Below are positions 58,001 through 64,000 of a DNA stretch of 64,000 bases, in pieces; position 1 is the first letter of the stretch; the number at the start of each line of letters is the position of its first letter. The position numbers were made by a program, and so were the translations under genes. This DNA comes from an uncultured bacterium (GTDB lineage Bacteria; Bacillota_I; Bacilli_A; RFN20; CAG-826): contig CASDYC010000001.1 of NCBI GenBank assembly GCA_949285665.1, positions 5,376 to 69,375 of the forward strand. The letters run 5' to 3'. The notes beneath the pieces are model-generated. The model had not been told where the DNA came from and searched no databases. It was given only the letters and a program-made list of their open reading frames with translations.

Positions 58001-59851
58001 TATGGAAATGAATTTGAAAAGCAACTTACTTCTTTCTTTAATAAATTAACTGGGAACTTGAATATAGTCAGTGATTCATTAATTGCAAAAATTGGTGGTA
58101 TGAGTTCTGTTGCAATGCTTGGTTTTAATGTCTCAACTGTCTTTAAACAACTTGGTTCTTTACCAATGGCTGGAAATGTTATTGGTTTTAGAAATTTAAT
58201 AAGTGGTTTAAGAGGCAATTTGAGAATTAAAAAACTTCATAATCAATTATATGAAAGTAATGGTTATTATCGTAATAGAGTTGATGAAAATGGCTACGTT
58301 TTTGCAAATACAATGGCTAGTGATGTTGTTTCAAAAGCATCAAATATTAAGAAAAAAATAATTGATTTTTCACTTAAAGGCATGCAAGTCATGGACCAAT
58401 ATGTTGTTCTTCTTTCATATCAAGGAGCGCAAGATTATGTCTATAGACTTCATAATAAAGATATTAATTATAAGCCTGGTAGTGAACTTAATATTAAAGA
58501 AGCAAGCAAAGTTATGAATAAGATTTTACTACAAACTCAATCTAATGCTTATGCCATTTCAACTTCAATGTTAAGAAGTGGCGAAATGGGAGATTTGATG
58601 CGTTATACTTTTGGTGTTTTTGGAAGTGATAATCAAAATAAAATTAGTGAATTATATCAACAATTTGGAACAATAATTAAACAAAGTAATTATATAAAAG
58701 CATTAAAAAAGAAACTTGCAAGTGAATTATCTCAAAGTGATAAAACGCTTTATGGAGCAAGATTAAAAGAAGCTCAATCTAATTATAGGAATGCTGTTAA
58801 AAGATTAACAATGCATAGTATTCCTAATCTTGCAATAGGTGGAGTTATTACATCACTTGTAGCAGTAGTAATGAAATACTTACTTGGTAGAGATAAAGGC
58901 GAAGAATGGGATGATTATTTAATGGAATTTAGTATGGATGCTTTTGTTGATTGGATTCCATTTGTTGGAACTATTTATAATGCATTCCAATATGATGATG
59001 GTAATTTCTCTCCAATTCCATTTGAGCAATTTATTACTTTATTTGAAGTAATTTCTAATTGTTTAACTAAACTATCAAGTGGTAATTTAACTCAAAGAGA
59101 AATAATAACTCAAATTACAAAACTATTTACAGCATTGAGTATGACAGCTGGTATTCCAACTAAAAATGTAACTAACTTAATAATTGGTATTACTGATAAA
59201 TTTTCTGCTCAAACTGCTTTAAATATGCAAAGTTTATTATATGGGTATTCTCAATCTTATTACACTAGACTTATGAAAGAAAGTTTAGAAAGAAAAGATT
59301 ATACAAATTATGCTATATATTACAAAACTAATGCTGAATTATTCAAAGTTAACAAATTAAGTGACAAAGTTTTAAATAAGATAATTAATTTAAAAAAGAT
59401 TGGCTATGATGTAACCTTAAAAAATGTTCCAGATACATTAAAAGATGAAAATGGTGAAGAATTTGTGCTAACTGACAAACAAATTACTGAATTTAGAGAA
59501 GTATATTCACTTGCAAATCAAAGTGCTGTAAATGTTTTAGAAGGTGTTAGATTTAATAAGTTATCAAGTCAAGACCAAGCAGCAGTTTTAAGAAAAGTTT
59601 TTGATGCATATTATGATTATGCAAAAAGTGTAGTTAGTAAAACGGATCCAACAAGTAGAACAGCAAAAGTAATTGCTATGACTGATGGAAAAATTAATAT
59701 ATCTAAATACATTTCTTATGCTCAGGATTTATTAAATATCGATGGCAAAGACAAAAAAGAACAAATAATGAAAAAAATGAAACAATATTATTTAAGTGAT
59801 TTTGAAAAAGATATTGTCTTATATTTAGTTGGTTATGATGTAGAATTGTAA
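52094..59851 (+). CDS. giant virion-associated multidomain protein (polyvalent-protein or tape-measure-like), 2585 aa
   Basis: AAGGAG RBS. Glycine-zipper hydrophobic segment near residues 200-270. A mid-protein segment NLKHIYKRHVENLANQI...YIIFTLSSNKNKRLTLKTIYIRK resembles PBECR/LPD-type toxin modules. C-terminal TM-like helices. Confidence 0.45.
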   Translation: MADRNTYLKMMLNNGKTQNSSIPYVKDYVANLGLNDEDIADFLIKNNEINAKQILTESQQQLQTQDQSFNQEKEEDKNWWQNIVDGMASIGNSVIDGIMNFADDIGDFFISVGDWMMGGNNEWADEAINYDWQAQVTNALNFMQPLLQVVDVVQNYNDWAQSIWQGGDTSRDYLNGIVEGTWTDNDFGKFLRDAANSIGYMLPTIAVGVLTGGSSAAALSTMGVVAGMGQTSDAYQENNNMGLALLSGIVAGGIEAGTEAIGGFIPGSKTITKTTIKALGKQMLEEGAEEVVSGFLQPVVDSIAKGNAEPWFDENGQFVYFSPEFWFTGEDSVARQGALGAFTGGVFGGANIVQNRIKYGKAGQQFGQAYQEFIETRNEARELKSKNKSTEAIEQKLGEASVYLAEKANELKTAIENGTISNRQVKNLGEMLHNPTSNRNLLAENLNENINKLNNITNLNEHILRDLVSDFNISNNSNFKLDVVDDLKDVNGNSVNAQFNENTNTISLNSSILDNNAYSVLGHELLAHGVLDNILTNSNTRSIVFNLVNNDTEWVNQNKQTILKEYNTTENSEIYKSELVANYLQEKLINNNSLSDLELLASNKGVFKEFINSAKLIMENTNSSKLKQQIRKAVRQFGKSNYRVNSIVLKMLNDKKLNNKEQEYYDQNKTLFDTYFSIINGGLLQETNGELKIAYSKDLNDVVDELIENSDKIETRIESDNQGEYVVYQNLDLNNFNRNERRIILRNYLKQKFTSDYIFHISSDNTEATLTSDGRGKMSDHGSSAAASAKIELENILKIAKKIKVEDSYKSNEDYTYTTYNSRILIGETMYSFDIDLKNLKDGNRIYDIKNEKSTPVNGSLTNADLHPSGSAFLNDSISQENNSVNSIDNLNERGNNNLYERTDEFRRLQEESRKLLEKFQSGEQTYKQLDESIRERYTRCIQQALESGRNSNSYDFRLLKSSKNTKFNITNNINNNLFHDAFETIKPYIQQNELVDLHDDYTNCQCFLSSDGLQGFAIEPNGNLISVFNADTNKRGFVEAISNYVKEHGATHLDCYGYLANYYNKVLGFKTASIMDYNMEYDHHNIASNYNNPQVAFMVNTNENVETKHFNKDQYDEAVEYQQSFINKEKIKYSRKLNNSQLSNEEKENLAKKSYNNLKKFSVNEKRILNNNYNTTLNSFDEVKQYIKDAINGKDISRYGLLGKISKNLSDKIFEYTNLNLKDYNLAFNKDNLKHIYKRHVENLANQIKINIDDIYLLPYLLENSNDITIEKMKNGDKYIKFITNFSDEYIIFTLSSNKNKRLTLKTIYIRKKGAGFPTGNADYLSNPPALTSKTDDGASSPFTTISFTQKSFGVNNLDKNTAVQKHNNKSNNNTKNEVDINVLETNKANKVKENANKQLWQKVISFKDAKIAYNSLIDFINNSLNIDLTVKNKETKIRALFDSYNVNEINNTLNDFSKDLLNSKVYQGVETTLRDVFEANDFDTVKLENAMTKSLKHVLDNKAKTSETTKIFDNLQSQLLKAVDLINRYKNRARQFASLYKKVENIKKQLKIENNNTKLTDIKLDEVNLLKYLVSGRVFTKDGGISGTWRTRFNDLMKEDVNYFSSLRNSVFNENGELNKAIETFEYLGNSFDLRRKQQRTLNIEEADALIQAFNSVLSAMNDYKNGYYEKVEKLSNDLYSEQSEIIEANKNKSFTLSKINQIISRVSSPLTNLALYFGGENTHMYKELIGNIENNYERYLFDQSALNTSLIKKLEGISKKGILTNQTKVIKNFKGLKRLNKWHLYSMWLNLKAESNLARVSEKGFTLKDKVGQVQHINYDTDLLSDIESHLDGVEIEQLQALLDFYNVEIKDYIKKAQTKIDGFSNVLSSTYYPQITSKSELKGNLTGDEPLFLRDNGQFKNLKARTGVITSLDLVNPLELVRSYIDSASRYSNLTQAERLLNRTLNKNIIVNKETTSLRKLFKERYGNEFEKQLTSFFNKLTGNLNIVSDSLIAKIGGMSSVAMLGFNVSTVFKQLGSLPMAGNVIGFRNLISGLRGNLRIKKLHNQLYESNGYYRNRVDENGYVFANTMASDVVSKASNIKKKIIDFSLKGMQVMDQYVVLLSYQGAQDYVYRLHNKDINYKPGSELNIKEASKVMNKILLQTQSNAYAISTSMLRSGEMGDLMRYTFGVFGSDNQNKISELYQQFGTIIKQSNYIKALKKKLASELSQSDKTLYGARLKEAQSNYRNAVKRLTMHSIPNLAIGGVITSLVAVVMKYLLGRDKGEEWDDYLMEFSMDAFVDWIPFVGTIYNAFQYDDGNFSPIPFEQFITLFEVISNCLTKLSSGNLTQREIITQITKLFTALSMTAGIPTKNVTNLIIGITDKFSAQTALNMQSLLYGYSQSYYTRLMKESLERKDYTNYAIYYKTNAELFKVNKLSDKVLNKIINLKKIGYDVTLKNVPDTLKDENGEEFVLTDKQITEFREVYSLANQSAVNVLEGVRFNKLSSQDQAAVLRKVFDAYYDYAKSVVSKTDPTSRTAKVIAMTDGKINISKYISYAQDLLNIDGKDKKEQIMKKMKQYYLSDFEKDIVLYLVGYDVEL
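54647..54716. repeat. 70-nt palindromic element inside the giant ORF, about 92% identical to 61649-61718
   Basis: GAAAAAAGCACTCCTGTCAATGGCAGTCTTACAA is identical in both copies. Terminal inverted repeats AAAAGCACTCCTG / CAGGCAGTGCTTTT. Confidence 0.6.
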
Positions 59852-59920
59852 ATTTTTAGGAAAAATAAATTTTTTGATACGACTTATTTAATGTATGATA
59901 AAATAAAACAGTAGGAGAAA

Positions 59921-60475
59921 ATGATGTTAGATAAAATTACAAGAGATAAAGTCGATTATTTAGTTAGTAACATTTATCAATTATATAATTTAAATATTAA
60001 CGAGCCTTTAAATATCTATTCTTTTGCACAACAACTTGATTTTGTTTTTGCAAATTTAAAAGAAGAGGTATTAAAAGATGTTAAAGGTATTATTTTAATT
60101 GTTCCTGGAGATAAAAAAATAAAAAAAGAATTCGGCTCAGACAAATTAATAGGTTTAAATACTAATTTATCTATGGAAGATAATAACTTAATTATCGCTC
60201 ATGAATTAGGACATTATTTTTTAGATTCAAAAAGAGGGAATGTTTATTTTGCTCATAAATTTACAGATAATAGTGTAGAAGTAAGTAAAAGAAGCGAATT
60301 AGTTGCCAATTACTTTGCTGCCGCATTGTTATTACCTAAAGAAACTTTCATTAATTTATACAATAGTTCAATTGATAAAAAGAATTTTGTTTCCGTTATT
60401 TCAAATAAATATATTGTTCCAAAAAAATGTGTAGAAAGAAGAATTGAAGAATTAATAACAGATGAAACAAAATAA
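59921..60475 (+). CDS. ImmA/IrrE-family zinc metallopeptidase
   Basis: HEXXH motif in IIAHELGHYFLD. 184 aa. At the prophage right end, so it would be adjacent to int/cI in the circular form. Confidence 0.65.
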   Translation: MMLDKITRDKVDYLVSNIYQLYNLNINEPLNIYSFAQQLDFVFANLKEEVLKDVKGIILIVPGDKKIKKEFGSDKLIGLNTNLSMEDNNLIIAHELGHYFLDSKRGNVYFAHKFTDNSVEVSKRSELVANYFAAALLLPKETFINLYNSSIDKKNFVSVISNKYIVPKKCVERRIEELITDETK

Positions 60476-60935
60476 TTTAGATAATTACCTTAATCTTTTT
60501 GTTGAACCAGAAGAAAAAGATTTTGATAAGAAATTGGAAGATTATATAGAGGTCTTTTATAATTATTACAATAAAACATCTAAGTCAAAGATATTTTTCC
60601 AAATGGCTTTTGGTATTTTTATTCCATTATTAATGATATTATTAACGATTTGTTTAATCGTTTTAATGTATTTTCTTTTTGTTAGCGAATTAGATTATGC
60701 TGAAACTATTACAATTTGTATCTCGTCAATTACTGGCTATGTGGTCTCAATAGTTAGTTTATTTAAAATTATTGTTAATTATATTTTTAATAAAAATGAT
60801 TTGAAAGATTCAAATAAAATTTTGAACAATATTATTAAACATAAAGAACGAGATAAAGTGATTGACGATAATATTTCGCAAATCTTAAATTCTATAAATT
60901 TAAAAGATAGCGAAGAAAATAACATTAAAAAATAA
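60462..60935 (+). CDS. small membrane protein, hypothetical
   Basis: 157 aa with 2 TM helices. Confidence 0.3.
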   Translation: MKQNNLDNYLNLFVEPEEKDFDKKLEDYIEVFYNYYNKTSKSKIFFQMAFGIFIPLLMILLTICLIVLMYFLFVSELDYAETITICISSITGYVVSIVSLFKIIVNYIFNKNDLKDSNKILNNIIKHKERDKVIDDNISQILNSINLKDSEENNIKK

Positions 60936-61112
60936 CTTTTTTATTCAATTTTTGCAAAATTTGTGTAAAAAACATAAAAATATGATAAAAACATACCATA
61001 TTTAACAAATTTAAGTTATATAAAAAAGCAAAATAAATTTCTTTTGTTAATGATTTTTTATGAGATTTAAATTTTAGATTAAAAAATTTGGGGGTTATTT
61101 TTTGATAAAACC

Positions 61113-61142
61113 TGACAAAATATGACAAAATATGACAAAAAT
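61113..61142. repeat. 3 tandem TGACAAAATA repeats (candidate integrase/Xis arm-type sites)
   Basis: tgacaaaatatgacaaaatatgacaaaaat lies about 85 bp inside attR. A G5TTATTT copy lies at 61089-61100. Confidence 0.5.
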
Positions 61143-61225
61143 AGTAAAAGTTATGTATTTATAAAAGTGCGTATTTATCGTAGTTTTAGATAAAATTAAA
61201 TATTTTGTGAATATTAAATCGGGGC

Positions 61226-61334
61226 TTCTCGCATGGTGCTCCAAATGATATAAAATGCCGATTTTATCGGCTTTTTTTATTCTTTGGGGGTTATTTGGGG
61301 GTTATTTGGGGGTTATTTGTTTTTTACGTTGACA
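61226..61334. repeat. attR: 109-bp direct repeat containing the 3' 18 nt of tRNA-Gly
   Basis: See attL. ttctcgcatggtgctcca, then the terminator, 3x GGGGGTTATTT and gttttttacgttgaca. Confidence 0.85.
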
Positions 61335-61648
61335 TATGTGTAATATAACTTAGTCGAATAAAACTGTCAATATTAATCATTTTAAGAAAGACAATTTAAG
61401 ATACTCTAATATTAAAGCGTTACCTATAACATATTTAATATTAGGTTATGAACAATTAAATGCATCAAACATAGACTAATTTAATGTATATATAATGTTT
61501 AGGAGCAATTATAAATGCAAAATTAAAATAATTAACTAAGGGTGTTAAATAATAATAGAATTTTTGTAATAAAAAATTAATATCAAATATTGTAATTATA
61601 AAGAGTTAATTAAAATAATTTTATTATTATAATGAGTTAATGAGCATA

Positions 61649-61718
61649 GAAAAAAGCACTCCTGTCAATGGCAGTCTTACAATTGCAAACCCACACCCAT
61701 CAGGTAGTGCTTTTCTTA
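61649..61718. repeat. second copy of the 70-nt palindromic element, in the non-coding region right of attR
   Basis: About 92% identical to 54647-54716. Flanked by an A-run and a T-run, so it could act as a terminator. Confidence 0.6.
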
Positions 61719-62165
61719 GTTTCAGTATTGCATACGTAAATAGTGCCGTCAATATAAAAGATTGAAATATAGATAAAAAAATATAAAAAAACTTATCTTT
61801 AGAAATGATTTTATATAAATTATTATTATCAAAAAAATATAAAATGATAAAAAATTAGTTTTGAATATGTTTAAAACATAAGAATTGTTAAATAAAAATT
61901 TTGGATAAATTTAATAAATAGTAACGTTTACACAAAATTATAATTTATTATAAATTTTTTATATTTTATTCCCTAAATTTTTAAAAAATGAATTAATGAT
62001 TGATTTTAAAAAAGTAAAGAAAGAAAAAAATATAGTTAAAAATCTCATTGTTTTTAGATTAATTGTTATTTTTTTGTAAGCGTTTACATTTTTTTCTTTA
62101 CTTAATTTTTAAAAAAATATAAACTATTAATGAAAGTTATGACAACGTTATCATAAGGAGGACTT

Positions 62166-64000
62166 ATGTTTAAAAAATATTTAAAAAAATTATTTATCCT
62201 TATTGTTGGATTTTTGACGTTAACATCTTGTAATGGAGTTCAAGAAGGTTATGAAGGATATTTAACAAATAGTGGCAAAAATGCAGATAAAGTACTAAGA
62301 ACCTTTGGTTCTTGGACAAGAACTGGGATTGGAACACATTATCATGCAGGTCCGGATGCTGGTCCATTAGTTATTTTTGGACTTGAAGGATTAGCACAAT
62401 ACGTTAGAACAACAGATGAAATTGTAATGCTTTTAGCAGAAAAGTTTGAACATAATGGAAATAAAACAACTGTTACTTTAAGAGAAGATGCATATTGGCA
62501 AGATGGTTATCCTGTTATTTCCATGGACTTTTTATCATATTATTATTTAAATCATAACGAAACTGCTGGTTACATGGAAAAAATTGAAGAAATAGATGAT
62601 AAGCATTTTGTTATTACATGGAAAGATTTTTTAACTCCAAGTGATGAAGCAAAAACTTTATTATTAGCACAAGACACAAAAAGTGCATCTGTTCCTTATC
62701 ATATTTTTAAAGATTTTGCAGACCAAGCTATTGAATTAACTAATTCATTAGAAGAATGTCCTGTTACCAATCCATCAAGGAATGCAATGTATTTTAATAA
62801 AAATTGGAACGGAGAAGCTTCTGATAAATATGGGCAAATTTATACTGCATTTAGAGCATATGAGGTTGATGGAACATATCCTTGTACAGGACCATATAAA
62901 TTAGAAGATTATAATGAAACAGTAATGACTTTAGTTAAAAATGAAGATTATTATTTTGCTGATACAATTGGCTTTGATAAGATTGAAGTAACAATGAATC
63001 CAACAGAATCTGTAACACTACAAATGCTCTCAAGTGGTCAAATAGATTATATGGATGGTACACCAATGAAAAGCAAACTAGAAACTGTTTTAGCTCAAAA
63101 TGGTTCTATGGTACATTATAAAATTTTAGATCAAGGAACAATTGGTTTATTATTCAATTTAGAAAAAGAAGTTTGGGAAGATGATAAAGTTAGAGAAGCA
63201 TTCCAATATATTTTTGATAGAGATATGATTAAAAATGTAGCTAATCCTTATGCAGAAACTTCATTTTATTCTATGAGTGGAATGGCTGATTATGAAGCAG
63301 AAAAATACTTAAATCCTGATGATTTTAATAAAATGACCCTTTATGAATATAATCAAAATACTGCTTCAACATTATTACAAGATGCTGGATGGGAAAAGAA
63401 ATCAGACGGATGGTATGATTCAAATAATGAAAAAGTTTCATTAACCTTAGGTTATATTGGTGGTGATCCACATATCGCAATTGCAACAACAGTTCAAGCT
63501 CAATTACAAGATTTTGGAATTGAATTAACGTTAAAATCAACAGAATCTCCAACATCATTACTTGCAAACGCAAGAGTTACTGATAGTGAATATGATTTTA
63601 TGATTTATTTTACTGCATTAAATCCTTGGGGATCTCATCCAGGAGGTGCTATGAAACACTTATGGGCACAAATGGATGCTGCAATGATGCATATTCCAAC
63701 AAATCAAGACACTGGAAGATATCAATTAATATTAGATAAAGCAAATGGTGAAGGGACAATTAACGCTTTTGATACTTATGAAATTATTTATACATTAGAA
63801 GGTAATGAATTAAGAGAAGCAACAGCTGACTTAATTGTTGGATTTTCAAAGAAGAATTATGGAATTAATTTTTATAATAACGTAACAGGTTCATTCTTTA
63901 ATTTAGATACTGTTGGTAACTTACCATTAGTTGATATGTTTAGCGAAAATAGAAATATTACCAAAATATTCTATTATGATGATGCAGAATTTAATTCATT
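62166..64000 (+). CDS. lipoprotein, ABC-transporter substrate-binding-protein-like (OppA/family-5-like); 3' end beyond the window
   Basis: AAGGAGG RBS. Signal peptide with lipobox LTLTSC. The reading frame stays open to the window end in a manual translation. Not in the ORF track because it has no stop codon inside the window. Confidence 0.5.
   Translation, partial: MFKKYLKKLFILIVGFLTLTSCNGVQEGYEGYLTNSGKNADKVLRTFGSWTRTGIGTHYHAGPDAGPLVIFGLEGLAQYVRTTDEIVMLLAEKFEHNGNKTTVTLREDAYWQDGYPVISMDFLSYYYLNHNETAGYMEKIEEIDDKHFVITWKDFLTPSDEAKTLLLAQDTKSASVPYHIFKDFADQAIELTNSLEECPVTNPSRNAMYFNKNWNGEASDKYGQIYTAFRAYEVDGTYPCTGPYKLEDYNETVMTLVKNEDYYFADTIGFDKIEVTMNPTESVTLQMLSSGQIDYMDGTPMKSKLETVLAQNGSMVHYKILDQGTIGLLFNLEKEVWEDDKVREAFQYIFDRDMIKNVANPYAETSFYSMSGMADYEAEKYLNPDDFNKMTLYEYNQNTASTLLQDAGWEKKSDGWYDSNNEKVSLTLGYIGGDPHIAIATTVQAQLQDFGIELTLKSTESPTSLLANARVTDSEYDFMIYFTALNPWGSHPGGAMKHLWAQMDAAMMHIPTNQDTGRYQLILDKANGEGTINAFDTYEIIYTLEGNELREATADLIVGFSKKNYGINFYNNVTGSFFNLDTVGNLPLVDMFSENRNITKIFYYDDAEFNS

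Larger units (their letters stand above)
15671..61334. mobile_element. integrated tailed prophage (about 45.6 kb) in the tRNA-Gly 3' end
   Basis: Flanking direct repeats. Integrase next to attL, CI/Cro, YqaJ-RecT, TerL, portal, scaffold, capsid, tail genes and an ImmA metallopeptidase next to attR. The tRNA 3' end is reconstituted at attL. Confidence 0.85.

Noticed and set aside
1-64000. Mycoplasma-type genetic code, with TGA read as Trp
   Set aside because: Standard-code ORFs of 600-2585 aa are uninterrupted, and the only tRNA-Trp has anticodon CCA, which reads UGG only. The standard code (table 11) therefore fits, as in Acholeplasma-like or Erysipelotrichia-like low-GC bacteria.
1-64000. 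IS elements, transposases or rRNA genes
   Set aside because: No DDE or Tnp motifs, terminal inverted repeats with target duplications, or rRNA-like conserved blocks were seen. The only mobile element supported is the prophage.

Overview
This is an AT-rich (about 27% GC) bacterial chromosome segment that uses the standard genetic code. Long ORFs are uninterrupted by TGA, and the tRNA-Trp carries a CCA anticodon. The gene content suggests a Mollicutes- or Erysipelotrichia-like low-GC Firmicute: HtpG preceded by a CIRCE element, a lipoprotein lipobox, and no endolysin anywhere in the prophage.

The left 15.6 kb is chromosomal. It carries nrdD and nrdG, two tandem CBS/DUF21 (CorC-HlyC) genes, gmk, a Tad/Com-like pilus and secretion cluster, tRNA-Trp, a YqeY gene, a superoxide reductase, htpG with a CIRCE operator, an ACP gene, a tRNA-Asn/Glu/Thr cluster, an esterase and tRNA-Gly(CCC).

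A roughly 45.6 kb tailed prophage is inserted in the 3' end of tRNA-Gly. It is bounded by 110/109-bp imperfect direct repeats at 15671-15780 and 61226-61334. From left to right it carries:
- left-end cargo genes (an HTH protein and a DUF3644-like protein) and the tyrosine integrase;
- a CI/Cro switch with TTGCA-N3-TGCAA operators;
- a YqaJ exonuclease, RecT, an SSB-like protein and many hypothetical early genes;
- an inverted accessory island, described below;
- the late module: candidate small terminase, TerL, portal, scaffold, a major capsid protein with an Ig-like tail, unassigned structural proteins, a membrane-protein cassette, fibre-like proteins, a nucleotidyltransferase-fold protein and a 2585-aa giant protein;
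- an ImmA/IrrE metallopeptidase at the right end.

The inverted island is the most unusual part. On the minus strand it encodes three tandem paralogous small basic ribbon-helix-helix-like genes, then an amidoligase-like protein (PF12224-like, with an N-terminal zinc ribbon), then a class-II glutamine amidotransferase (Ntn-Cys). Opposite each small gene sits a promoter-like site followed within tens of nucleotides by an intrinsic terminator, and a conserved hairpin block recurs upstream. The region is also peppered with Z-DNA-prone alternating purine/pyrimidine tracts that share a CATGCGTG core.

The right edge of the window is chromosomal again, with a partial ABC-type substrate-binding lipoprotein gene.
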